In this document: positions 11,791-28,750 of the stretch, piece after piece
Layout of the letters: each line of letters opens with the position of its first letter
How positions within the stretch are numbered: the first letter of the stretch is position 1
Source of the DNA: Amoebophrya sp. A120
Taxonomy: Eukaryota; Protista; Dinoflagellata
Length of the DNA: 64,000 bases
Reading direction: 5' to 3'
Assembly: GCA_905178155.1 (NCBI GenBank)
Contig: CAJINV010000001.1
Span: 5,770,750 to 5,834,749, forward strand
Notes under the pieces: generated by a model
What the model was told of the DNA's origin: nothing
The model's database searches: none
Seen by the model: only the letters and a program-made list of their open reading frames with translations
Program-made: the position numbers and the translations under genes

Positions 11791-12513
11791 ATGGCCGCGA
11801 AGAAGATTCTCTTCTTGGACACCGAGCCGTGGCTGTTTGAAGCCTATTTCGAGAAGAATGAGGCATTGAACGACGAGAATGGAAAGCCGCGGTTCGAAGC
11901 TGATGTTCGAGAGGGGACCGCGAGCGTTTGCGACGCTCACCTTCAGCAGTATGCGGCAATTGTCACGACGGATGGTTATCTAGCTGCGCCATTGGGGCTG
12001 GAGGAGAACTACACATGCGACGATTTACCCAACGCGAAGCGCTTCTTGTCACGGCTTGCCGCCTACGCGGAAGCTGGAGGTTTGGTTGTGATCTTTGCGT
12101 CCGAAGGCGTCTTTGAAGTGCCCCGACTGCTTGGACCGCATTTCGGCACCGAGTGGGTTTTCGCAGCGTATTCGGCAGAAAAGTTCGCGCTGACCGAAGC
12201 TGGCGAGCGGATGTTTAGCGGCCGGGTTCTGCAAGAGGCCACGCCCTGCTATCATGAGAAGCACAATATGCTAAGTACCCCGGAGGGCGAAGGCATGTTC
12301 CACATCAAACACTTCGAAAAGGATTTTGATGTCGAATTTGAACGGGAGGAAGACCCAAACTGGACGTTGCCGCGACCGACGAAGCGCACTCCGGTTGCGG
12401 TTCACCGCTGCGGCAACAATCTGGGTGCCATCGCGTATTTCAGTTGTTCCAACTGGGACACAGTCTTGTTTGGCATGTTTGCGGAGTTATGCACTCGGAA
12501 GGCACTGATGTAG
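11791..12513 (+). CDS. Hypothetical protein, possible class I glutamine-amidotransferase-like (flavodoxin-like) fold
   Basis: Intronless 240-aa ORF; KKILFLD...YAAIVTTDG...RLAAYAEAGGLVVIF pattern. Confidence 0.6.
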   Translation: MAAKKILFLDTEPWLFEAYFEKNEALNDENGKPRFEADVREGTASVCDAHLQQYAAIVTTDGYLAAPLGLEENYTCDDLPNAKRFLSRLAAYAEAGGLVVIFASEGVFEVPRLLGPHFGTEWVFAAYSAEKFALTEAGERMFSGRVLQEATPCYHEKHNMLSTPEGEGMFHIKHFEKDFDVEFEREEDPNWTLPRPTKRTPVAVHRCGNNLGAIAYFSCSNWDTVLFGMFAELCTRKALM

Positions 12514-12960
12514 GTTCAGCTTCAGGGGGAACCATAGAAATTCTTTTGTTTAGTATCACGCTTAGGCGTGAAGAATGTGCGGAAAGCGCAGAGAATCTTG
12601 TTGCCGAGTTTCGGGCTCGGGTATGGGAAAACAATGAAACTGAGAGTGCCAGATTTGCAATTGGTGCGTGTTTTCTTTTCTCGGGACGTTAGCGTGTTCT
12701 TCAGGTCTTGTTGAGAAGCTTGCTGGCCACGAGAAGGCGGGGAGCGGCGCTGCTATGACAAGTGAAACTGAAATAGAGTGTGAGTGAGAGGAATATGTTC
12801 AATTAGGAGGACAAGCAGAGGTGCTGATAGGACAGTTGAGATACCCAAAAGAAGTAGATGTGCGCATCTATATTTGCTGCTGTTCCCGAAACACCGAGCC
12901 CTAGCAAAAGTCCGTAACTACGCTTGGGACCGCACCGGGTCGCGATAGACCTTGACCAAG

Positions 12961-15101
12961 ATGGGCCTTTCGTTAAAGGCGGTGGCACGCGTGCACTATG
13001 TGGCGCTGTTTGCCTTCGCCGCCGTGGGGTTTTTCTACGCTTCCTGGATGCAGAAGAATCTGGGCTACCTCTTCGGAATGGACCTGCAGGTGCCGCTGAC
13101 AAGCATCGCACTGAAGGCCAACACCTTGCTGCTGTGCAGTTTTGGGGCGCTTTTCGCCGCGGTGGCACAGTTTAAGGAGGAAGAGTCGCAGAAGAAAGTT
13201 CTGCAGTATTCCATGGCGGGCGAGTTAGTTGCGGTAATTGCTTGTTTTGTGGTTTCTTTTCAAGTGAATCATGAAGTTGCGCAACTTCGCCTTTCTTGCA
13301 AATAAACGAAGCCTGAGTTTAACAATTTTCCCACAACTTGTCACACAGCTCGGCGTGCTTGCGTACAAGGGGTACGGATTTCTGCCGACCCAGGCTTTGC
13401 AGATTTGGGTGGCGGTGTTGCTCGTTTCCGTTGTGTTCACCTCCTGGTCCGTGTACAAGGAGCACAAGTACGTGGGCAAGCCGACGGACCTGGAGAAGAA
13501 TGAGACCATCAGGTCAGCACTCCGCTGGGAGTACTCGCAGGCCGCCATCTGGGGTCTGATGTTCCTGACCTGCCCGTGGGTCACGCAGGACAGCTTCCTG
13601 CCCGGCATCCCGAAGGGGAAAGGAATAGACCTTTACATGCTGCTCCGCGGCGCTTTGCTCATCGGAAAAGCAACTCTCATGGCCGGGGCCGCGCAGTGCG
13701 ACGGTGGAGCGCAAAAACTCACGGCTCAGTACGGTATTGACGGAGCGACGACATGTCTCTATTTTCTTTTTCGCTGATTTGGTATTTCTATTTCATTTCT
13801 TAGGCGACCCGAAAATCGAAAATCTTCGTCCTATAATGTCGTATGGTCGTATTCATTTTTTCAATTATACACATCAGCTCTTTTGGCGCGTCTGGTGGAC
13901 TGGTTTTACTTCAGCGCGCTCCTGGCACCGGTGATCGCGGGAAGCAGTGCTTCCGGGATGTCTAAGCTGTACATGTACATCGCCTACGAAGCAGTGAACT
14001 CCCTTTACTTAACGCACGCTTGCTACCCGGCCAACACGCGCAAGTGGCTCTTCCGCCTCTCCTACTTCGCCTTCGCATACCTTGTATCAAGCGTAAAAAT
14101 GTCTGAGTCTGGAAGAATCCGAACTTGTGATGCTGCATTTGGATTCTAAAAAAATTTGTATTGCATGACCAGCAAAGGGAATGCAATTTTGGCTACGCGG
14201 CGAGGGCATTTGTCATGCGGAATACGTATCACGAAGCCCTCAAAAAGTCTGTGATGCTAGGGCATGCATCACAAACATCGTGGCCCATGCAAAACGCGCA
14301 TGACAAGTTTCAGAATCTTCCAGACCCAGACATTTTTACATTTGATACCTCGCCTACTTGCTGCTCGTCTTCCCGAAACTGGCCGTATCAAGGGACAACT
14401 TGGATTTTTCGCCTTTTTCTGTTGCGTGCTCCGATGCGGGATATTGTTGCAGAATTTTTCTTCGATTCAGAAATAAGTAGAGTAGGCACGAAAGAACTTC
14501 GAAGTAAACCTCTGTCGCTGTGCAGGATATTAGAAGAAAACTACTTACCCCGCCCTCAGGTTCCGGTGTTCCAGCTCCCCGAGCTGAGCAACGCGTACCA
14601 CCTGGTAGGCGTCTTTGCTGCGTTGACCGCGTTGATGTTTGCGGCCGTTTGCCAGCTCGACCACGACAGCCAAACTGCGTTTCTGGGCTACTCTTCCCTG
14701 GCCTACGTCACAGTGCTCGCCCTGGCACAATACGGGTGAATTCAAGAATTTTTGTTTGTCATGATGATGCATGCCGGCATGCCTTGGACAACGGCGTTGA
14801 CGAGGACATAAAGAAACGTTTGACGAGTAACCTTGCATCGTTGATGTGCATACATCAAGAAAGTACAACTAAGTAGTGCATTAAATTTTCTATACTCTTC
14901 ACTTCCAGGTTTGCCTTCGGCTACGTGGTCCACGTGTGCTTGGGGCTGTTCTGCGCCAGTTCGTTGAATTTATACGTGGAGAAGTACCCGGGACACCAGG
15001 CCAAGTTGCTGGCGCTGATCACCCCGAAGGGAGCGGTAGTAGCGGCACCACCGAAGAAGTCGGCCCGTGGCCGCAGCAAAACCCCGGCAAGGAAAAAGTA
15101 A
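12961..15101 (+). CDS. Multi-pass membrane protein with three internal repeats (paralog B); 6 exons; basic tail RGRSKTPARKK
   Basis: GT-AG introns 13234-13348, 13734-13877, 14385-14559, 14736-14908, plus introner 14085-14352. Repeats VAQFKEEESQKKVLQY / AAQCDGGAQKLTAQY / VCQLDHDSQTAFLGY. Confidence 0.72.
14085..14347 (+). mobile_element. Introner family A (MITE-like non-canonical intron), 263 bp
   Basis: TIR TATCAAGCGTAAAAATGTCTGAGTCTGGAAGA / TCTTCCAGACCCAGACATTTTTACATTTGATA; TSD CCTTG/CCTCG; removal gives FAFAYLAYLLL. Confidence 0.93.
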
Positions 15102-15934
15102 GGTGCGACGTCGGGTGGCTCGTGACTACGTTCTTCTTTTATTGCCGTGTGTAGTAGAAGTGGGTGATGTATTTCATAGTTTATTTTCATCGTCTCCGGG
15201 GTGATAATAATTCTGAGGGATAGAAAAGCCTCGGGTCTGATGTGTATCCGCAGGAAGGAAGGGGGCAAGAATAGAAAGCATTTTTTTCATTCGTAATTTG
15301 TACCTTCAAAGAGGAAAGCAGCAAACAACAACCGCATCTTTTACAGTAGAAATCCAAACAGATAAATTGGTGAGTGATTGATTGTAAACAAGGAAGGAGC
15401 CAAAGTGCTTTAAACAATAACCAGTGTCGTAAACCTCCCATAGAGCTGAACAGATTATCGAGAACGACGAGGCGAGCTTTACATTATGGATGTGGCCCGC
15501 CACTGGAGGGGCGGAGGTGGACAAACTTTTTTTACAAAGTCATCCGTGACAAGAAGTGGTGGCGAGGAACCCCGAAGGAGTCATCGGGCATTCACACTAT
15601 GATGCACCGCGACGCTTACCAGTGTCGCGTTTGTTGCAGCGTTCGTTGCAGCAGTAGATAGTTTTCCACCTGATTTTCATCGAGGTTCATCTGAAGCTTG
15701 TGAAGGCCGTCGGTGATCGTAACAATTTCCTGTCTTTCGTGGCGCTTTGGCTTTGGATCAGCGTAGGGTCTAGCATCCCGTTTTTGGTCACTGTGATCGT
15801 AGCGTGCCTTATTGTGTCATGTCAACTCTAAGTACGGCGGGAAACAAATAATCCCCGTGCGTTGTCTGGTTTCCGTTTGGTTTTTGCTCGAGCACACAAG
15901 ACGCACTTTCGTTTTTCACCCGGCCTTGTGCAAC

Positions 15935-16738
15935 ATGTCTGCCGCCGCGACCGACGTCGACTATGACGGATACGTCGCAGCTCTGCGTGCGGAGGGCGGG
16001 TCCTCCATGGACGACCTGCGGCGTGCGTTTCGGAAGTTGGCGCTACAGGCGCACCCGGACAAGCCCGGGGGGTCCGCCGACCGTTTCAGGGCGTTGGTGC
16101 GTGCGGCGGAGCGGGTAGAGGCCGAACTCAATGGCGATGTCGAACTCAATGGAGCCGGTGCGCCGGCAACCGCTCCTTCCAGAGCATCTTCAGGTGCTGC
16201 ATCATCATTCGGGGCCGCAGCAGGTCGTCCCCCGGCCGCAGGATCTTCCGGCCCTAAACGCCGGAAGGAGGACTGGGTCAATCTGGGATCGGAAAAGTGG
16301 GTTGGCGGCGGGAGGACGAGTACGGCCTCCTCTAGCGCGGCTTTGCGAGTAAACCGTGGGTCTCGGTTTGAGAGTGCGACGGACGAAAATTCGGAAGAGG
16401 AAATTGTGGACGCCCGATTTGTGGATCTCCGCTTTGCGGATCTGAAATTCACCGACGGCGGGGAATCGCGGCAAAAACCACGGTCGGAGCGGTGGACGGT
16501 CAGGGGATCGACAACATCTTCCGGGAATAATCTTCCCGGCGCTGGAGGCAGAGATAGCAAAAACGTTGGTGACTCGGATATTGTAGGTACACGAAATAAA
16601 ACCGGAAGCACCAGCAGTGCAAAAATACCGCTGACATCTTCGAAAAATCCTGGCGTTGAGCAGGAGCCTAAACCAGACGAGAGGCCGAAGAGCCGGTTTC
16701 TGAAAAAAGCCAGCTGTGCCGCCTGCAGCATCATCTGA
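15935..16738 (+). CDS. J-domain (DnaJ/Hsp40 type III) protein with C-terminal CaaX-like motif
   Basis: DDLRRAFRKLALQAHPDKPGGSADRF (HPD motif); low-complexity tail ending CAACSII. Confidence 0.85.
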   Translation: MSAAATDVDYDGYVAALRAEGGSSMDDLRRAFRKLALQAHPDKPGGSADRFRALVRAAERVEAELNGDVELNGAGAPATAPSRASSGAASSFGAAAGRPPAAGSSGPKRRKEDWVNLGSEKWVGGGRTSTASSSAALRVNRGSRFESATDENSEEEIVDARFVDLRFADLKFTDGGESRQKPRSERWTVRGSTTSSGNNLPGAGGRDSKNVGDSDIVGTRNKTGSTSSAKIPLTSSKNPGVEQEPKPDERPKSRFLKKASCAACSII

Positions 16739-17213
16739 ATGAAGTGCAAATAGGCCACTAATTATGCCTGCTCCAGTGGCTATGAAAGCAATGTGTTCGA
16801 AGCAGCGATGGATAATATGTCGAGAAAGTAGAGCATACGAACTTCATCGAATAGGATGTTGGGTAGATAATTAGCACGCTTTCAAATCCTACAAGCCTTA
16901 TTCTTTTCAGATCCCCTCATTACTTTGTCCCTTCCCCAATACATAGACGAGATCACGTTCGAATTACTTTTTCGCTCATCACTTTTTCGTGCTTCTTGTT
17001 TCGGCACAACAAAGCGCTCTCGACTGTGGTAGCAGCGAAGAAAAACACGTTTATTTCCCTGCCTGCAAGGGATCACGGCAAGTGTCCACCCCGTGCGTCA
17101 GCCTACTTACACATAAAGTGAAGACATCACCAGGTCGCGGCTTTCAGCGTAGTTCATTTTTGCTTAGCGGCACAAGGAATTGTCTTTCTGATTTGCTTAT
17201 CTTCTCTCCAAGA

Positions 17214-18428
17214 ATGCAGCGGCTCTGCATAACTGGTGCTCGATTTGTCCGGCCTCGGCCGGAGAAAATAGTTGCGATGGGTGGAAAACCAGCAGTGACC
17301 ATGAGAAGTGCATCGTCCAGCACACCAAGGAATCGAGCTCTTTGTCGCCGGTTTGCGTCTACAACTACCGCAGCCCCTGCCACTAGCGAGACGGCCGGAC
17401 ACGACATGGCGGGCTCTCAGCAAAGCAGAAGCTCCACCTCCAGCAGCTCGACCTCCCAGCACCGCCCCCGTCCGAAGATTCGCAAGGGTCACGTAAAGCC
17501 GCCCCTTCCAGTTCCGGACACCATCGTGCGCCCCTTCTACGCCACGAATGCCGCGCAGGGCTACGCACCACAACCTTTATCTGGCGCGCAGTTGTTCGGC
17601 GAGCGGAAAACGGCGGACGAGGTTCGACGAATGCGCGTGGCGGCGGAGGTGGCCAGCAGCGCCCTGGTGGCGCTGCGGGAGCACCTGCACTCGCCGGAAA
17701 TGCTAGAGCTGGCGCGGGACGGCAAGCTTACCACTTCGCGGATCGACGAATTTGTGCAGAGCCATTTGATGGCGCGGTCCGCCTACCCGGTGGGGATTCG
17801 GTTCCACGGGTTTCCGCGGGGCTGCTGCACCAGCGTCAACGAGGTGGTGGTGCACGGCGTGCCCGACGACGAGCCGCTGCAGCTCGGCGACATCGTGAAC
17901 GTGGACGTGTCCTGCTTCGTCGACGGCATGTACGGGGACACCAGCAAAATGTTCGCGGTTGGCGGCCCGTCGCGCGCCAGCCCCGAAGCGCGGGCGCTGT
18001 GCCGCGCGACCCGAGACGCCTTGTATCGCGCGGTTGAGGCTTGCAAGCCGGGGGTTCGCGTGGACGTGATTGGGAAAGTGATCACCGAGGTGGCAAAAGC
18101 GAAGAAGTACGGCGTAGTCCGGGAGTTTACCGGGCACTTCATTGGAAAGGAACTGCACATGCCACCCTTCGTGTTGCACGTCCCCAATGACCAAACCTTA
18201 ACCCTGCAGCCAGGTATGACTTTCACCATCGAGCCGATCCTCACCGCGGGCGGCTCCGGCGACATCGAGGGTCCGTGGGAGGATGGGTGGACGTTTGTGA
18301 CGAAGGACGGCAGTTTGTCCGCGCAGATGGAACACACCGCGTTGATCACGGAAACCGGGCATGAAATCCTGACAGAATCAGCACTGGACACCGATCCGGC
18401 GTTTGTAGATTCTGGTGGACTGTTCTGA
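17214..18428 (+). CDS. map: Methionine aminopeptidase type I, probably organellar (MAP1D-like)
   Basis: FPRGCCTSVNEVVVHGVPD, GDIVNVDVS, GDTS, FTGHFIG, FTIEP, SAQMEHT (all five metal ligands); Arg/Ser-rich N-terminal presequence; no cytosolic-type zinc finger. Confidence 0.95.
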   Translation: MQRLCITGARFVRPRPEKIVAMGGKPAVTMRSASSSTPRNRALCRRFASTTTAAPATSETAGHDMAGSQQSRSSTSSSSTSQHRPRPKIRKGHVKPPLPVPDTIVRPFYATNAAQGYAPQPLSGAQLFGERKTADEVRRMRVAAEVASSALVALREHLHSPEMLELARDGKLTTSRIDEFVQSHLMARSAYPVGIRFHGFPRGCCTSVNEVVVHGVPDDEPLQLGDIVNVDVSCFVDGMYGDTSKMFAVGGPSRASPEARALCRATRDALYRAVEACKPGVRVDVIGKVITEVAKAKKYGVVREFTGHFIGKELHMPPFVLHVPNDQTLTLQPGMTFTIEPILTAGGSGDIEGPWEDGWTFVTKDGSLSAQMEHTALITETGHEILTESALDTDPAFVDSGGLF

Positions 18429-18908
18429 ATAGGCGACAAATTGTCGCGACGGAATGTTGCGGATCGATTGCACTGCAGAATCGTGGCAGACATGATTGTC
18501 AGAAAAGACATAAGCTTTATGAATATAGTCGGAGTATTTTTCCACCGAAAAGGACAAGAAATCAATGAAGCAGCGACTTTTTTTTATCCGACCCAGATTC
18601 CTGGGTCGGAGCAACTGCGGCGACGGCGTTCGAGCGAAGCATGTTCGGTCTAAACGACTTGCGTCTAAAAATAATCCGCGTTTTTTTGAACGAGAAGTTC
18701 TTTCTGTGAACAAACTTACTACGGATCGAATACGAGAGACGCGACTAGCAATAGAGCTAGCGCATGCGCCCGTCAACTACATCATGATGCGAAGATCAGT
18801 AAAGTCCTTTCTCAATAGCCATTTTAGTCCAACAAGGGACCACCAGGGCTGCGCGGCCGTAGAATGTCTTTTGGGCGCACATCTAGAAGCTCTCTGACGA
18901 CCCAGAAC

Positions 18909-19916
18909 ATGGCAGCGACACGAGCAAGCGGTCCGTACGACAATGCGGACCGACAGAAGCGGTGCGTTGGCTTGCGCACCTGTGCCCTGTTGCTCGGCCA
19001 CCTACCTATTCTCCTCATGATCACCATTTTGCCGTTTTACGCGATCCGAGCGGGCGACGTGCGGCTCCCGGACATACTACTCTCCGACCTGATGGCCCTG
19101 CCACCTTCCCGATCCAGTTTCCCCTACCAACCCTTGTTTCTGATCGGCTACTGCCTGTTTGCCGACTTGGCGCTCTGGTGCTTCACGCAATACGCGCAGT
19201 GGATTTGCCGGTCCCACCCCGTCGCGAAAGCAGCGACCGGCGTTATAACCACGATTTGCGTTTTTGGCATCAACCTGAACCTGTACCTGCTCCTCGCCTT
19301 CAATTTCGAGGAGAGCAGCGGCCAAGCGGAGGAGGAAGCCGCCAACTGGAGTTTAGGCACGCTATTTTCGGACGCGCCGCGTCACGTCTTCATCTCGTGG
19401 TTCATCCACGTGGGCGCCGCCACGCTGCTCTTCGGGAGCATTGGCGCCTGCACCTTGTTGAGTGTGTACATTCTGGAACCGATTGCCGCGAGCGGTGCGC
19501 TCGAACCCGTGGTGGACATCCGGCGCCGGTGGTTTTTCAGCCGGGCTTCGTGTTACAGCATCCCGGTGGCGCTCGTCATTCGCCTGGCCCATCTCTTCTC
19601 CGACCGTTTCTTCTGGGCCTACCCGCTGCTCTTCGCGGAAATCTGGATGCTGGCCTGCGCGGCGGGGGTGATGCTGTTCGGACTCTTGGAGACGATGATG
19701 ATGCTCGACTACCAGGAGCCGCTGGTGGACTGCGAGATGTGGCAGACGACCGCAAAAGCCCTCTTTGGAGCGTCGCGGAAAGACTTCCTGGCCATTTTGA
19801 CGGCGAAGTCGCCAACATCGCGAACAAGCACCAGTAAGACGGCAAATAAGACTAGAAGTAGGAGTCGCAGCATCGTGAACGCGAATAATACCTCGGCTTC
19901 CTCAAAAGTCGACTAG
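18909..19916 (+). CDS. Frag1/DRAM/TMEM150-like six-TM membrane protein
   Basis: About six hydrophobic helices; LLSDLMALPP and IHVGAATLLFG resemble DRAM-family motifs. Confidence 0.6.
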   Translation: MAATRASGPYDNADRQKRCVGLRTCALLLGHLPILLMITILPFYAIRAGDVRLPDILLSDLMALPPSRSSFPYQPLFLIGYCLFADLALWCFTQYAQWICRSHPVAKAATGVITTICVFGINLNLYLLLAFNFEESSGQAEEEAANWSLGTLFSDAPRHVFISWFIHVGAATLLFGSIGACTLLSVYILEPIAASGALEPVVDIRRRWFFSRASCYSIPVALVIRLAHLFSDRFFWAYPLLFAEIWMLACAAGVMLFGLLETMMMLDYQEPLVDCEMWQTTAKALFGASRKDFLAILTAKSPTSRTSTSKTANKTRSRSRSIVNANNTSASSKVD

Positions 19917-20521
19917 ACCAGCACATATCCGCCCTTCTTGAAGATTGTTTACAGAAGGAGGCGAGGAATACAGTTGAAATTCAAATTTTTCAAGTATTGT
20001 GAATAAGTACAGTGTTGACGCGATGAAGTCATTTCTTTCAGGCCTACCTGTGAATTGTCGCTTCTGCATCTGAGATGTGCGACGAAGGCCCTCATGCAGC
20101 GCCTAAGTGAGGCTAATAGGGCACTTTTTTGTGCCGACCTAGCGTCCAGAAACGATTTGTGAACAAAGACGAGGATCCGCAATGCGTTTGCAAAGCAGTT
20201 TTTTTTTGCGATCGAACCGCGAAGTCTGGATGATGATTGAACGAAGATCTCATATCTATCTCGGTGCGATAGCTGCTTGCCGCCGCAAGGAAACCAAAAG
20301 CTGTTAGGCCCAGCAGGCGATGGAAATATAATATGATTATCCGTGGTAGTGTGCGAGATATAGATTTGATACGGTTGCGACCTGGAGGCAGTATGATGTA
20401 GCGTGCTAGCACTCGCGCCTCTTTGAACAAGATCCACATGCACATAGCTTTAATCATTCTCGCTTCTCGCTAGACTGTATCAGGCGACACACCGAAGTAG
20501 ACGTTTTGTGAAAAATCAATG

Positions 20522-21789
20522 AGAGCGAGGTAACAAACCCAAACGAGAACTTCGCGGTTGAGTTCTCATCCGGCCGGCCGGCCGGATGAGAACTCAACCA
20601 CATCAGCGGCGGAAATCGACCGGCTGGTCGTCCTGGTCAATTGGCCCGCCATTCGCTCGGGCGAAAGGGGGGGGGGCGGCCTGCGGGAGACCGACGCCTC
20701 CCTCACTCCACTTTCGCCGGGGGCCGTGTGCAACACAAAAACGCTACGCGCGCCTGCTGTGAATACAGAGAAGCTACGCTATGCAGCGGGGCAGAAGTTG
20801 GAAAATTTTAAAGGTGGCGCATTGTGCGCGCCCGCCGCGGGCGCGCTTTCATAGTTGGACTGCGCTATGCCTTTTGGCTTCTGGGTGGAATTCGAAAGAA
20901 TTGAATGCAAAAACATTCGCGGGGCTCGCAAACGCAATAGGCAAAATTTCGCGGGGCGCGCAACGCGCGCCCGCTATACGTTGCAATCGCCGGCCCAGAA
21001 AGCGCGTCCGCGCGCCTCTCCGCTGGCTCATGCTTGCTTCGGCGCAACAGTTGGCAGATGCGCCGGATCCGGGTCGGACGCGCTTCGCGCGTCCACCGAC
21101 TTGCGTGATGGGAGGCGGGGCCTCGCTCGGCGCGCCGGGCAACCAATCTCCGACGCGCCGCGCGCGCTGCCCTTTGTTTCTGCCGGCGCCCGAATCCTGC
21201 GGCGCGTCGGGCTCCAAAGCTGCCCCCACCCGATAGCAGGGACAATGCAAATGGCCTGGGCCGCGCTTATGTGTGCCTCCGCCGGGCTACTGGCGCCCTA
21301 GCAATCTTTATCGTTTCCCACACGCGAAGGCGGCGCAGCAGGATGGCCCGCGCGCGCAAGTTGTACGCTGTTGCTTTGCTTCCTGGTGGGGTTCGTCGGC
21401 GCCCGGCCGCAGCCGGCATGGTCACTCAGCCAGCGCTGCGCGCCCGCGTTGGGCTGTGCCCCCATCCTCTGGGCCCCCAGGCTTATCGTCTTTTCCGGCG
21501 ACTCGCAGTAGAAGTAGCAAACAACGCAGCTTCTGCTTCTTGGCTTTAGGCACTTGCCGCAGCTTTTGCATGACAAAGCTCGGGCTTTTTGCGTAGAAGT
21601 GAAACTGCGCAGCTGGGGGGTGACAATCAAGAAGAAGAGTGAGGCCGTCGACCAGGAGGGAAGAAGGGGACCCGGACGACCGGCCGGCCGATTTCAATCC
21701 GCCACAGATGTGGTTGAGTTCTCATCCGGCCGGCCGGCCGGATGAGAACTCAACCGCGAAGTTCTCGTTTGGGTTTGTTACCTCGCTCT
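20522..21789. mobile_element. Non-autonomous long-TIR element (about 110-bp TIRs, 83 bp perfect), each TIR containing a perfect 44-bp palindrome
   Basis: AGAGCGAGGTAACAAACCCAAACGAGAACTTCGC-GGTTGAGTTCTCATCCGGCCGGCCGGCCGGATGAGAACTCAACC-ACATC at the left end and its reverse complement at the right; GC-rich non-coding interior; no clear TSD. Confidence 0.85.
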
Positions 21790-21928
21790 AGACCAATTTT
21801 TGTAGTGGAAGCAGTTCTTGATGTGTAGACATACTTACTCTGAAGAAGAAGACATATTAACCATATTAGCCACATCCCTGTTTCTCGTGTAAACTTCTTC
21901 TGCTGGAAAGATTCCAAATAGCTCCCGT

Positions 21929-27558
<5,630 letters not shown>

Positions 27559-28750
27559 ACTACGGAGCGGATTGTTTATATGCAAGATAGAAGATGAGTA
27601 ACGAGAACGAGAAACGCGAAACAACGGAGACAGAAGAAACCTGAACCGTGTATGTGATCCTGTAGCTAATGAACGATAGCGGACCACAACATCACCACTC
27701 CCGGTGTTGTAGTGTATACGATGTTGAGAATGAATACTTCGACAAAAAATGAAACAAGTTTGCAGTTCTTTGTTCGTAGCCCGGCGACCTCGGTGAGCCG
27801 TTGCCGAGGGTTTTAGAAAAAAGCGTTTTGCGTAGTACCCCAGCATACTTAGTCCGGGACGGCTCTTCGTGTAGTAAAACCCCACGAGCGATAAAAACAG
27901 ATTGACGCCCCTTGTTCACGAATTTGAAGTAGAGCCCTGTCATGTACGAAGAGATTTGCCGCCTCCCTGCACACTGTGGCCGCCGGTCCCTGCATGCTTT
28001 TTCACGACAGACTGGAACATCAAATAGCGACATTTCATCGACGTTTCGGGAAGACGGAGAAAGACCGGCGTCATGCTGGTCTTTTCTTCTCGGACCTATT
28101 CTCTTAAAAACACGACAAACTTGCAGCGACCTCATTTCAGCGTCGCGTAGTTTTGCGTCTTCACAACGCGAATCAAAAACCAAAAAACTGACATGTGAAA
28201 GAAGAGACATTGTTGCTTTTTAGCATACAGCTGGGTACAGCGATGGGAAAGTGAACTCATGGCTGCGATTGCGTGTCAAGTACACGTCGCGTTGCGCGCT
28301 GACAGTGCATCTGTTTCTTCCTGGTTCATTGGCCTCGGTTTCCAGGTACTGCATTCCTCGTGTGGTCTGACGAATCCTGTGAGTCGTGGCGAATCTATTT
28401 CCATTTGACATCTAGTCGTGATGCGGCTGCACCAAACGGTTGTTGAATAATGAGGATCCTGTTTGGTGCAGGAAGTTCGGTCTGATGAATCCAAGGGAAT
28501 AAAAAAGTTTTGCTACTATATGATCGGAAGCTCTCTCCCTTAGTCGGACAGTTTCCAGCATGCACACGCATTCTTACATACTCTCTTCTACAGTCAAATT
28601 TCTTTCCTAAGCTGCTGTATACGCTGTAAGGACAAGCACACCCATTTGTTTTGCGGTTTACTCTATCTTTTCCGAATACATTTCCGCTCAATGTAAGTAC
28701 CTTGTTTGTACGCTCTAACAAGCATTGCGAAGGATTATAGTACACGAACC

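Noticed and set aside
14161-14739. Recurrent peptides such as [10 protein letters not shown] / FQTQTFLHL in many ORFs
   Set aside because: They are translations of the family A TIR, not a protein domain.
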